DNA of 51,797 nt, filler included, from Catajapyx aquilonaris (lineage: Eukaryota), in assembly GCA_000934665.2 (NCBI GenBank). It is 3 parts of 3 records of this genome, joined end to end, with 100 filler letters (N's around TTAATTAATTAA, not from the genome) between each part and the next. Parts side by side here need not be neighbours in the genome. Positions count along the whole stretch, not along the records: positions 1 to 17,175 come from JYFJ02007007.1; positions 17,276 to 34,496 come from KZ539627.1; 1 more part is not named here. One strand, written 5' to 3'. The notes under the pieces are model-generated. The model had not been told where the DNA came from, searched no databases, and was given only the letters and a program-made list of their open reading frames with translations. The position numbers were made by a program, and so were the translations under genes. Shown piece by piece: positions 12,601 to 24,025 of this stretch; position 1 is the first letter of the stretch, and each line of letters begins with the position of its first letter.

Positions 12601-15600
12601 GGATGAATAACAACAACAACCATCACCACCACAACATGGGAGGCTTTATGGGAGGGCCTGTGCAGCAGTACAGGCCAATTGAGCCCCTGGGTGGATTTCA
12701 TGCAGGACAGAATGGACCTGGGCCAAGGATGAGACCTCCAATGCAGCAGCAGTTCAGGCCTCCTATGGTGAGTAACATTGAAGCCCATTTTAACTTCCAG
12801 GGAAGTCCAATAGATCCAAAGTTGTTACTTAACCCTATGTTTCCCGCTGGATTTTGTGCATTTTGGGTGGGGGTATAAAAATAGCGCCCCAGGTGAAAAT
12901 CACGGGATCTGGCACCATTGGTTTCACTCTTGATTCATGCACAAGATGGGGCTGAACCTTGCGATACATACTGTCAACTTTTGTTTCATCACGTGAGAGG
13001 CCATCTACGGCTTCAAATGCTATGCACGAGATGATGACCTATTGCAACATCTACGCAGGTTTTTTTAGGTGGCTTCCACCCTTTGGAATAATCACAGATA
13101 ATTCTATATGATTGCCCAGTCCCTCTGATGAAAATTACGAAAACATTAAGTGTCCTTTTAAAAAATTTTAAGGGTCCAGTGGAGGGTTCTGACAGTGGTT
13201 ATTTATGTTCTGGCCTGCGCAGGAGAGAACGTGGACCGAAGAATCTTAATTCAGAACATTGCACCAGACAAGAATTTTCCAGAGAAACTGTGCCATATGT
13301 CCAACTTTCTCAGTGTCTGTTGGCTTACTTTGGTAAACATAATTTTCATAGTGAAAAATGTTGATTCCTTTTGCCTTGCGGGCGCAACACCAAAGTGGTG
13401 TGCGATTGATTAACCCAGATGAATTCGCTTATGGAAATTTACAAAATATATGAAAATTGTGTTTTGGCATCTGAACGAGCCTTAGTGGATTTCAAATTCC
13501 TTTTTTCCCAGAATTCAATGCATCACAATTTCCAAGGACAACCTCCTCATCGCCCATTTATGCCCTTTAACAACCCACAGCGATTTGGCAATCAAGGTTT
13601 TCAGCATCCTGGTAAGTTGCAACTTCATGCTTTCAATTCTGTTGTGCTTATACAGTCCTGTAGTGGACCTCCAACTTTTGGCTGAAAAACACACTCCTTA
13701 GTACTTTACTTGGATTGTCCCTGTCCACAAAGAATAATTTCTCCTTTTTGAGATAAGATTAAAGTTACCTATGGTGATAATGATGAATTACATAAATAAA
13801 ACCAATTTAATACTGCTACACTTATCCCTCGCTAAAACTGATGCAGTAGAAAGATTATAGAAATGGGAAGAGTATATGTTTTCCTTCTTCTAGGAGACCA
13901 GCCCATGCGGCCACCAAGACCAGATATGGGCGGCATGAACAGACCTCCCGGGATGATGAATGAAAACAAAGGCTTTGCACCAATGCTAAGACCAAATGCC
14001 CCAAGACCAAAGAGGCCACCTGAAACAGGAAACATTGTGATCCCTTTTAAACAGATGAAGGTGGAACCTGGACTTCCACTTCCTCTGGCGAGGAGAAGGA
14101 AGATGAACCAGGTCAACAGCAACTTACAAGAGATCCAGACAGTTGACACCCTTCCTTCAGCAATTAGTATTAAGGTGAGTGCACTAAGAATTCAAGTGCA
14201 CAGCTAAAAGAGAAATAAGTTTGTCATTATGTTTTGAGTACATTTGGCATTCACAAGCTTTAACTTATAAGAGCTCTTTGCTGACTTTTAATTGGGAAAT
14301 GCTGAATTTGAATCATGAAAAGGAAATTTCTCATCACAGACGCATATTTCTGTACTTTCCAGAGGGAGCCAGGAGTGCAGCAGGAGTCAAGTAACAGTAG
14401 TGGTAGCAACCTGGCTGTAGTCAAGACTGAGAAGGCGGTGGAGGAGGAGGATGAACAGACTAGGGAGTACAGGAGAAAGATTGAAGAACAGGCTCTGAGG
14501 AGACAGAAGATCCTGCAGCAGAAGGAAGCCAGGAGGAAAATGGCTGCTGCCAAGAATCAGACTGAATTAGACATCAAACTGGCACAAGAGGCTGCTAAGA
14601 AGGCACTTTTGCAAGCAGGTGAAGAATTTGTTAATGATTTCAAGTAAATGAGAAGTGGCCACCGAAAATGCAAACACTGCAAAAAGTTGTCAAAATCAAG
14701 CTGAAGGCACGGCTGCATTGTATGTCCATTCACGATGTAATATTCACTTCCACTCTTCCACAATTTAACAGCAAGAACAACAACAATGATAATAGCAATA
14801 ATAATGTTACTTCATGATAGGCTTGTGGCCTTTTAGGGGCTCCTCTTTTAAACACCAAACTTTCTTTCCGTAATCAGTGAGATGCTGATGGATTTTGAGT
14901 GTAGAAGGGATTAGAGAATCTCAAGAAAACTGACATGAACACAGAACTTATAAAAACTTTTTTACTCATGAGCAATTCCTTTGTCTGACTTGGGGATTGA
15001 ACTTGGGACCTCAGATGTGGCAGGCTCTGACATCAGCCAGTGTGCCACTTGCTGCCTAATTAATTTATGTTTGCGACAATTATTACAGATGAATTGGAGC
15101 TTCCGTGGGAGAAGAAGAATGGACCGGCTAACACCATCCCCACAATAGTGACCCGCATGCCTGCGCCTGTTCCAATGCAAAAGAATTCATTTCCTCAAGG
15201 TCCTTCCCACCCTCGCCCACCCATGCCAAGACCACCAGCACCAACTGCAGTGATGGTTCGGCCACCAGTAATGCCCCAGATTCCAAATCAACCACGCCTA
15301 GCTCGACCTCTGATGGGCATGGCCCCAAGGCCCAATAAAAGTGTGGTTCCAAATGTCCAGCCTCAGCCACCACCAGTTGCAGTAGGTGCTGCAGTCAGGA
15401 CAGATCCGGGGTTGCAGCAGGCAGCACCTAACAGTGGGCCAGCGAGATCAGTCAATCTCACACCGAGGCAGAAGGTGGCCCCAGCAAGGATTGCACAGGG
15501 ACAACACGTTGGGGGCAGGAAGGTTGGTTTTGAGGATGTCTGCAAAGCTATTTAAATTATGAACTTATTTTGTATTATTAGCAATGATGCGCAATAAATA

Positions 15601-16499
15601 TCTCAAGCATAATTTATCAAGCACCTAACAAAGTTTTTTTAGGGCACATTTTGTGACATCGCAGTTCCATCAACTTATAAGATTTTACTAAGAGCTAATT
15701 TTATTGTTTTATCAGATTATTGTGAAGCCCGACACTGCACATCCAGGCCAAGGGCAACCAGTACTGCAGCGAAAAGTGAACCAACTTGGGGCACAGCCAA
15801 ATAATAACCGTCAGGTATGAGTTAATTTTTGTTTCATTGACTTGCAGTAGGATTATCAGGTAGCAAGAGTGTGTTATTGGAACATGAACTGAAAACCTTT
15901 TTGGAGTCTGTTGATAAGTTTGACAATTGTGAATGAGAGGGACAGAATGGGCAACTTGGATAGTGGGTAAAGTATCTGTACAAAGTGATTCTTGAGCAAG
16001 GTGTCATTGTCAGCTCTACAGGGCCTCTCTCATGTCTTGGTTTGGTCATACCAACCTTGCTCTCCAGATTTTGCAGCATGACATTGTTTACGAATGGCAC
16101 TAGTGGGCATAGAAGTGTAAAGCAGTTTAATTCCGATTTTATGGCATGTGTATGTACATTGCAGAGTAACCATTTAGGATATTCTTACAGGTGGTTAAAT
16201 CTGACCAATCACTAAAAGTGACTACAAGTTCAAAGCAGCAGATGCCACCAGGCAGGCAGGTGATTCACTTGAGTCCTGCAAAAGTGGCGATTCCACCTGG
16301 TGGCAATGGACAGAGAGTGGTCATCCAGAGGCAGGTGGTGCCACCACCAGAAGCAGGGAGGGGACCCAGAAGAACGGTGAATCAGGTGAGTGTACATAGC
16401 ATTGTCATGCAAGCAATTAGATTTACTGGCATACGTTATGTCGCTAAAACTTTGTTGCAGGTGCCGTTAAATGAGATTAAGGGAAGTCCTCAAAGAAAG
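3645..16499 (+). CDS. RBM33: RNA-binding protein 33-like (acidic N-terminus, proline-rich middle, coiled coil), 3' partial
   Basis: Exons 3645-3661, 5912-6005, 9226-9302, 9531-9705, 10489-10669, 10741-10917, 10998-11264, 11732-11901, 12174-12767, 13512-13611, 13894-14174, 14363-14618, 15089-15522, 15716-15814, 16191-16385 and 16461-16499 are all GT-AG and phase-consistent (1052 codons). RBM33-type motifs: EDDVLDLVVNEVDEF, EEDEEEDSGRGRFKTER..II.L...NIPDSL, KILINPHFKG, EEEDEQTREYRRKIEEQ..RR..IL..KE.RR. The terminal RRM exons are not seen before the gap. Exons 1 and 3 are inferred mainly from phase compatibility. Confidence 0.85.
4340..5834. mobile_element. Tc1/mariner(pogo)-type MITE (CAGTGAAA termini) interrupted by a hAT foldback element
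   Basis: TA|CAGTGAAAC at 4338 and TTTCACTG|TA at 5827-5836. Internal ATGGACA motifs are shared with related copies at ~16815-17008, 19680-19852 and 20384-20665. Confidence 0.7.
4475..5784. mobile_element. Non-autonomous hAT-type foldback element, 1.31-kb near-perfect palindrome
   Basis: TAGGGTGGAGCGAAAA...TTTTCGCTCCACCCTA termini with an exact 8-bp TSD ATGGACAA (4467-4474 and 5785-5792). Arms are ~4475-5105 and ~5160-5784 with a ~55-nt spacer. The mirrored ORFs 4852+ and 5213- are nearly identical. Confidence 0.9.
8475..8647 (-). mobile_element. Degenerate tRNA-derived SINE (same family as 50995-51312)
   Basis: A-box and B-box remnants on the minus strand (AGTGGTTAAG...GGTTCGGTCCC) and a shared body ending AAAATCCATC. 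Confidence 0.7.
14886..15057 (-). mobile_element. Degenerate tRNA-derived SINE (same family as 50995-51312)
   Basis: The minus strand reads GGCAGCAAGTGGCACACTGG...GAGGTCCCAAGTTCAATCCC, with a body ending AAAATCCATCA. Confidence 0.7.
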
Positions 16500-17084
16500 G
16501 TTAGTTTTCGTACAGTGTAACATGCATCAAATTATTTATTAATTAGGTGACTGTACTGAAAAATGTGAATAAAAGATGTAACATCATACTTATCACAACT
16601 GGCATGCAAAATAATGTAATTATAACAATGGCATTTGTTAAAATTTTTGTATCAGTACAGAAAAATGCCAGGAGTAGAGTTGTTACAGGATATCATAGCA
16701 CTTACGGGATATGTGGATATTTTAACTGTTGTGACGCAGTGGTATATTTAGGTTACAATGTGTTTCAAAGGCTGTGAAAATGGATTCCCATACGATATAT
16801 TTCAAGGGTCCAAAAGTGGAATCGAGCCTGTTTATGATGGACCCTGGCTACAACAGGAACTTGTCCATTACTGAGCTTTGGTTAGTTACAGCGCAGGATT
16901 TTAAAGGCATTTCTGTTGCATATGATGTGAACCTGTTTTGAATGTTCAGTACAGGGAATTTTCTAGTGAACAGAGTGACTCGACTCCATTATAGGCAGGT
17001 TTCACTGCACTATCCTTGATGAATCCTAGATGCTTAATATGGGGATCGTGTAGGTTGTACAGCAATGCCCAACAGTCCTGCAAT

Positions 17085-17175
17085 GGGGAACTAGCCTTCA
17101 TTTTGGAAACTACATAATAAATTCGCCCATATTTTTTGGATTTTTTTGGCATATTCCGTTTTAAGATATCAGTTC
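17085..17175. mobile_element. Terminus of a TIR element running into the gap (same family as 24026-24689)
   Basis: About 90 bp are nearly identical to the reverse complement of ~24600-24689. Confidence 0.85.
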
Positions 17176-17275
17176 NNNNNNNNNNNNNNNNNNNNNNNNN
17201 NNNNNNNNNNNNNNNNNNNTTAATTAATTAANNNNNNNNNNNNNNNNNNNNNNNNNNNNNNNNNNNNNNNNNNNN
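17176..17275. other. Artificial assembly linker (44 N + TTAATTAATTAA + 44 N)
   Basis: Exactly 100 bp; the central 12-mer gives stops in all six frames and is identical to the linker at 34497-34596. Confidence 0.97.
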
Positions 17276-17816
17276 CTCCACTCATAGTTGGGACTACCTG
17301 ACACTATAGTTGTTTTATTTCTATCACCCCTAGAACATAGCCAGGACGGAAACTTTTGGCGCCTACCTCGTATCTCTCAGCGTATTTATGTAAACCATGC
17401 ACTATTATCTTCTTAACCTTATTATCTAAACACTCTATTAAATTCAGCAAGAAATATTTACTTTTAACAGAGTTATGACATGTTTAAGGTTACGGCCTAT
17501 CCTCTCTGGGCATAAGCTCGGCAGGATGGAATCCTGGCTATGGTAGGTTCAATTGAGATGGGTTTTATACCAGGCAGTTACTCAAATTGAGTGTTCGCCT
17601 GCCACCTTTTTGTGTCGATTCAGTCTGCTTCGAATGGCCATGGAAGAAAGGTCACTGCATTTCCAAATTCAGGCTCATCTGGATTTTAAGCTATACATAA
17701 AATACCTTGGGCGAAGTACGACTTACTGTTATGTAGCAATTTGAATGTGACCTTGAAATGCTGGGGCCAGTCATTCTTTTGAGGCTTCCATTATGCGCAT
17801 ATGTCATAACATATCA

Positions 17817-17818
<2 letters not shown>

Positions 17819-17852
<34 letters not shown>
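17819..17852. repeat. (CT)n microsatellite next to a small N gap
   Basis: Read directly from the sequence. Confidence 0.95.
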
Positions 17853-17855
<3 letters not shown>

Positions 17856-17872
17856 NNNNNNNNNNNNNNNNN

Positions 17873-18030
17873 CCACCACCACCACCACCACCACAGGCGG
17901 TGGATGGAAGGGGATGTTCCCGAACTCTGCATGTGATGAAGGGGGGAATGGCCGGGCTTTTTTGGGATCGAACCCAGGACCCTTACATCCGTGGGCTCAT
18001 ATGTTACCGCAGCGCCACTCCGCCTCCCCT
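17873..18030 (-). mobile_element. Short tRNA-derived SINE (tRNA-Arg(ACG)-like head) with (TGG)n tail
   Basis: The minus strand reads GGCGGAGTGGCGCTGCGGTAAC...CCCACGGATGTAAGGGTCCTGGGTTCGATCCC (A and B boxes) and ends in (TGG)n. The head is related to the 21392-21660 copy. Confidence 0.75.
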
Positions 18031-19679
18031 ATTATACTATTTGGATGTCCCTAAAGCATTGTCACCAAATGCATCTCGTGAGGTTGCAGCACTTTTGGCA
18101 AGTTTGAAACAATTTACGCTGTTCTTTGGTAATTCATTTTCACCCCTGATAGAATCACAGAGCGCACCAAACACGACACTACAAAACCCCCCACAGGGAC
18201 CGATCCATTCAACCTCAGATGCTGCCACTTGGCAGAGCAGATCAGAAAGGTGACCTGCAGCACTACCTAGAGTGGTAGCAACAAACTATACGCTGTTCAA
18301 AAGTATTGGCGTCATTTCGTGAACTTTTGGGGGGCAGGCAATAAGGGATGCCGTTTTAATCACCTTGTAGTTATGTCAGCCCTGCCGAACAAGCACTATT
18401 ATAATTCTCCCTTCCATCCCTTCAATAGTGCCACTCAGCAGTTTAATCGGCACTTCTAATATGTCACATTGCCTTGTAACATAACTCTGCATGCAGGTGG
18501 GTGTGCAGTGGTTTTGTTGCTCACTGTGAGACAAGCCACATTCAGCTGTATATTTCATATGGGCTGAAATATATCTGTTTATGCCAGAATAATACCTGAT
18601 TATTCTTGGTGGAAGTGTGGGGGGAGGGTTGGCAGTCCTGTTCTGGAGTTACATTTTTCACTAAAACTTACAAACTTACTTTATAATGGATGAAGTAGCT
18701 GTGATGACTTGTAGATAATGCTTGGGGCACATTGACAGCATGTTTGATGTCAGCAATTGTTGCTGTGCAAGTCTGATATTCTTCAAACTTTTACAATCTC
18801 TTTAATGCATACTTCTGCAAAAATGACTGTTATGGTCATGGATTGCTTAAGATGGACTCCTTAACTTACAAGTTTGAAGAATATCAGAGGCTTGCACTTG
18901 ACAAACTTATCTTGTATGATTGTCAGTGCAAGAAGTGCATGATTATGTCAGCTAGAAAAGGGAAAGCTGGAAGTGCAAAAGAGCTTAATGTGAAACTGTG
19001 TCTAAAAAAAAACCCAAAAAGAAACGTTTCGTGTGACCAAGAGGGGTTGCAACAGCCAGAAGAAATTGAATATGCTGTTACGAAAAGGTCTTAAGTCCCA
19101 AAGAAACAACTTCTGACAAAAACACAAAAAATAATCATAATTCCTGTCTTTCCTTTTGTTATTTTGTTAGTGAAAATTTATCATATACCGAATCATTTTA
19201 CTGATTCTGTTTTCATTCACAACACATGTTGAAAGTCAAGAACTAACGTGGCAGTATTAACTTGAAAATGCCAAGAACTATGCCCTTTTCGTAACAACTG
19301 ATTCAATTATTGATAATTGAACACTATGGGTTGTGCTATGTGATATTCCTTCAATTGGAATAGTACAATTCACCATGTAGTAGTGTTCAAACCTCAAATA
19401 TTAAATGCCAGTGCTAGTAGCAAAATGAAACTTTAAATGCACGCTATCATGTACCATTTCTTTGCAGTAAATATACAAGTTAAGATCATCGAAGGCTTGT
19501 AGTGTCATTCATTACCATATTAACCCTTAGGCGGCGCGGTGCAAATGTGTACAAAATGGGTATAAAATGGACAAAGAAACTAACTAACTTTGCCTTATAT
19601 ATATTTTACGTACCGTATATTTTACACACAGGGTACTGTATATACATATTGTACATGTGCTTGTATAAGATAAACCTGA

Positions 19680-19852
19680 CAGTGAAACATGCCCATAATG
19701 GATCCTGAGTATAACGTAAACTTGTCCATTACAAAATTGTTATGGAAACGGGGTATGCAGAGGACAGGAATTCCGCGTTTAATATAGCTGAAACCTCTCC
19801 ATTGGTAAAATTTCAGGGTCACGTGCTATTCCACTAAGCACAGATTTCACTG
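19680..19852. mobile_element. CAGTGAAAC-family Tc1/mariner-type MITE
   Basis: CAGTGAAAC...ATTTCACTG termini; internal sequence matches 20384-20665. Confidence 0.7.
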
Positions 19853-19856
19853 AATA

Positions 19857-20369
19857 CAGGGTGTTTCAGAGTCACGGGTCAAGCGCATGCGAGGGGGTGG
19901 GGAAAACTCCTAGGTGGCAACAACCCCGGTCGGTTCTATAAAAGAATTAGAAATACAGCAGTAATAAATTCATTTATTACGGCCGTACGGCGTGACGTCA
20001 CATCTCTTCTGTTCGAATTGACTGGCGCGGACTGGCAGGCGTGCAGTGGGTTGAACCTGGTTGAACGGCTTTTTAGCCTTGCGGGTTGCAGTGAAAAAGG
20101 CGCTCTCATGGTATACCGGTAGGGTACTGTATAAATAGTGTACAGTACCCTGCCGATATAGCAGGAGAGCGTTCAACCCACTGCATGCCTGCCAGTCCGC
20201 GCCAGTCAATTCGAACAGAAAGGATGTGACGTCACGCCATATGGCCGTAATAAATCAATTGATTACTGCCGTATTTCTAATTGTTTTATAGAACCGACCG
20301 GGGTTGTTGCCATCTAGGATTTTTCCCCACCCCTCGCGTACGCTTGACCCGTGATTCTGAAACACCCTG
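19857..20369. mobile_element. Mariner-type foldback MITE (513-bp palindrome)
   Basis: TA|CAGGGTGTTTCAGA...TCTGAAACACCCTG|TA. The arms pair almost to the centre (loop of about 9 nt or less near 20135), with a ~45-nt bulge in the left arm. Confidence 0.9.
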
Positions 20370-20383
20370 TATAGATAGATTGA

Positions 20384-20665
20384 CAGTGAAACCTGTCCAT
20401 AATGGACCCTGTGTATAACAGAAACTTGTCCATTACGGAAAATTTCAGGGTCCCATGTGATTTGATCTATACAAATTTAACTGTATATAGATATGCAGTT
20501 AAACCTGACCATAACGGAAACTTGTCCTTTGTGGAATTTTTCCGGGAACAAGCTTTATGGATATAGGACATGATTTCTGCTACGAATATAGTGGAAACAA
20601 TTTCTATTACAAAAAACTTTTAGGGTCCTGTGCTATTCTGCTATTACAGGACACGTGTTTCACTG
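20384..20665. mobile_element. CAGTGAAAC-family Tc1/mariner-type MITE
   Basis: CAGTGAAACCTGTCC...GGACACGTGTTTCACTG termini with internal repeats of AAACTTGTCCATTACGG. Confidence 0.75.
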
Positions 20666-21163
20666 CATACAAAAGGCAAAGTTTATTTGTTTGTTTTTGT
20701 TTGTCCATGGCAATGGGTTACCATGGTTGCCAGGTAACCTCGTTTTCAAAATAGGGATTCATAAAAATTCAGTTTGACAAAACGAACAAAATCAGCACAC
20801 AATCATACTTGACTTGCAAAAATGTGGTACATTTGCCGAGTGTCCCTCATAGGGGACACCTGGTTTCAATACCATCCTCAGATAAGGAAAGTAAAAATTA
20901 TGCGTATATTTCCACATCTACATCATCTTTGATATATTTTCTAAGTATTATAAACAAGAAATTACTCATAGCACTATAATCATCATAGGATAATTAATTA
21001 CTTATCATCTTCAGAACGTGAAGCTCCAGCCATGATTTTCAGAGTGAAAATTCAACACCTGTATCTTAAAAAGTTGAAGCAATATCAGGCAATTTTGAAC
21101 CTGAATCATTTTCTTTTTTTTCTTTTTCTTTTTCTTTTTTGTAATATGTTTTGACTCCCCTTA

Positions 21164-21387
21164 GGGGGTCGTCCATATACCACGTGACCGATTTGTGGCC
21201 ACATTTTGACCCCCCCNCATGTTTTCGGGGTCACTGACTTCTAATTTTAGGTTATTTTGAACCCATGTGCATCTGCAAAAGCTCCCGTATGTGCCAAATC
21301 ACTGTGTTCAGAGCTACTACGTGAATTTTCGCCGACCCTCCCTCCCCCCCTCCCCCCAAAACGGTCACGTGGTATATGGACGACCCT
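21164..21387. mobile_element. PIF/Harbinger-type MITE
   Basis: ~27-bp TIR (GGGTCGTCCATATACCACGTGACCG) and a 3-bp TTA TSD; related to 27289-27605. Confidence 0.85.
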
Positions 21388-21391
21388 TTAC

Positions 21392-21660
21392 GGGGTATTC
21401 GGGGAGGCCATGTTAGAGGAGCCCGGGCCTACGGGCAGGGGGACTGGGAGGGGATGTGCAAGGTGGAGTGCATCGACTAGTAAGGTCCTTTTGTGAGCTC
21501 CCCTGGGTCGCTAGTTTGTCGGAAATACCACCCGAAACGAAGCCAGAGACGACCCGAGAACTATGCACGAGAGGAAGGAGGTATCCCCGGGTTGGGTTCG
21601 AACCAGGGACCTTAACATCCATGGGCGCGTACGTTACCGCAGTGCCACTCCGTCTCCCCT
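21392..21660 (-). mobile_element. tRNA-derived SINE
   Basis: Minus-strand head GGGGAGACGGAGTGGCACTGCGGTAAC...GGTCCCTGGTTCGAACCC (A and B boxes). The 3' boundary is approximate. Confidence 0.75.
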
Positions 21661-21859
21661 CTGCATCATTAGCTATGATGTACTGAAGCACCCGTGGCTA
21701 CTGCCAGCTCTTTAGCAGCAGAAGAACTAGCCCAAAAAATGAAAATGTAACAATTGTTCAGGTGTCCCGTATAGGGGATACTCGGCATATCTGGGTTAAT
21801 GTACAGTAGCCCCCTCCCNCCTCCCCCATTTGTAGCACCAAAAATTTGTTTCTCCATCT

Positions 21860-22424
21860 GACAAGGGAAGTGTAAGTGTTGTCAGTGGAGTTTCTGAATG
21901 CAACTTGGCACAATAATATAGGCAGGTAAGTTATTAAAGAAAATGCAAACAATTTTGGCGGATGCCCAGAAGGTCAAAAGTTATGACCTCTCGAACTCAC
22001 AAGGGACACTTTCCAAGGTCTCACCGATTTTCTTGAAATCCGGTGCATTGGTAGCCCACCCCAAGGTATGAAAAACACACCTAAAGCGACCTGCTCAAAA
22101 TGACCTGGTGACCCCTTTTTGGGGGGCAGAGGTCAAGTCTTAAATGCTGAAAACTCACCCATTTTTTTGAAATTTGGTGCATTGATAGCCCCCAAAAAGG
22201 GGTAACCGGGTCATTTTGAGCAGGTCACTTTCGGTGCGTTTTTCATCCCATGGGGTGGGCTACCAATGTACCGAATTTGAAGAAAATCATTGAGACCTTG
22301 GAAAGTGTCCCTTGTGGGCATCTGCCTAAATTGTTTGCATTTTCTTTAATAACTTACCTGCCTATATTATTGTGCCAAGTTTCATTCAGAAAACCCACCG
22401 ACAACACTTAACACTTCTCTTGTG
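21860..22424. mobile_element. Foldback non-autonomous DNA transposon (CAC...GTG-like ends, superfamily unresolved)
   Basis: Arms of ~240-270 bp (21860-22128 versus 22189-22424) form an inverted repeat. A related fragment lies at ~38810-39010. No clear TSD. Confidence 0.8.
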
Positions 22425-23523
22425 AGTGCCAATTGTCAGGATGGTTTGAAATGTGCCTTTGGCTTTCCTCATTTACAAAGCAGTGTGGTGATACTCGTGT
22501 GCTACCAGCATACTATATTGGTATGACATTACACATGCTTACACCTGAATTATTAAGAAATGAAGATGAGAAAGTGTGCAGGGATTGGCACTCCTCCCCC
22601 CAATCTCATTCCATGTCTATGACTTTCCACATGCCATTCTTCACTCCTCTCCCCATTGTTGTCATCTGCACTGTTTGTGCTGAGGTTTGGGCTTCAGATG
22701 TTGATATGGTAGTTGGAGAAGGCTTCAAGTTATGCTGCTGGATGGAGTAAGCCAGCAGAACAAGAAATCTCCAATCCTTTGGAATCAAATTTGTTGCAGC
22801 CATCTCTTTTGCACACTTTCAGTGAATTGAATTGCACTTCATTGATATGATCAAGTGCACCGTTTTAAAGTTTGGATACTTGAAAACCTACTGTGACAAT
22901 GAACAACTCCCACCCAGTATTGCTTGGAATCCAGCACGACCAAGGACTGCACAAAAATTGAGCGGATATCACCAAGCTTCCTGTGACGCACACAATGAAA
23001 GCTTGTATTTTATCAATGACTTATTACTTTATAATTACATGATATGGGCAGAAGTTTGTAATGATCTTGGAGGGAATCCATGGTACAGTGAATCAAAATA
23101 TTGGATTGGGACACAGTGCTGTACAGCGTAGTTAATATTGCCATTGATGAGTTAACATAACTTGTGAGGTGTCAGAGGCAGTAAAGTATACTGTAAAGCA
23201 ATTGCATGCTGCTAGGCTTTGACAATTGTAAGTTTCTCCTGTGGGGCACGCGGCTACTTCCTTTTCAAATGCAGATATCAGTGACACATATAGATCATAC
23301 TGTACGAGTGTCAAGTGTACGTGAATGTGTGCAAATGTTCCCAATGACTGCTTGAATACTTTTTGCTGGAACCCCGACATCTGTATTCTGCAACCATTTT
23401 TTGTGAATTTGTTTTGGGCACTTGGAGAAGAAAAGGATGGATGGCTTGGCAGGATACCAAATAATTGGGGAATCACACAAAAATAAAAAATCATGACTTT
23501 GCTCATATTGATATGGCTTAGAT

Positions 23524-23739
23524 CAGTGGTTTCCGACCTTTTACCAACTGCGACCCCCTAAACATGTTTCCATTAATGTGCCTCCCTCCCCTACCCCGGC
23601 CCTTTCTACAACTACCCCCTTTCCAGAAAACATACACACTGTACGGCTGCAAAAATGGTTCAGTGGACACACAAATTGCAAAAATAAAAGGTTGAACCAA
23701 GGCTCGCCAGCCCTCGCGATCCCCGGTTGGAAACCACTG
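23524..23739. mobile_element. hAT (Charlie-type) MITE
   Basis: CAGTGGTTTCCGACC...GGTTGGAAACCACTG TIRs with an exact 8-bp TSD GCTTAGAT. Confidence 0.92.
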
Positions 23740-24025
23740 GCTTAGATATCAAGAATGGGCACAGAATGGTTCCACTGGCACACCTGCTACTATTGCTGAC
23801 TGTGATTGGCTCCTTTTGAGAGCACCACAATGAGGCATTTGACTGAGGTCTGTTCCCCTTATTCAAGTTGTGTTGCATTACATGACCAAGGACAAGGACA
23901 GTATATTTTTTCTAAGTCTGGTTCTGTATGTAATGGGCCTCAAAATTATGGTCTGTCAACATGGAATTTAATCTCTGTAGGTAGGAAAAGCAGTGCTCCC
24001 TGGGTTGCTCCAGTATGGGATGAAT

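Larger units (their letters stand above)
20826..21795. mobile_element. Degenerate piggyBac-like non-autonomous element hosting a MITE and a SINE
   Basis: A ~29-bp imperfect inverted repeat (TGCCGAGTGTCCCTCATAGGGGACACCTG at 20834 versus ~21759-21787). The right end is GGG|TTAA (21793-21799); the left TTAA is not preserved. Confidence 0.45.

Noticed and set aside
12833..13409. Possible old piggyBac-like MITE in an RBM33 intron
   Set aside because: The left TTAACCCT end is present but the right TIR is too decayed to support a call.
17220..17231. TTAATTAATTAA as a biological motif or piggyBac target
   Set aside because: It is embedded symmetrically in N runs at two places, so it is a synthetic spacer.
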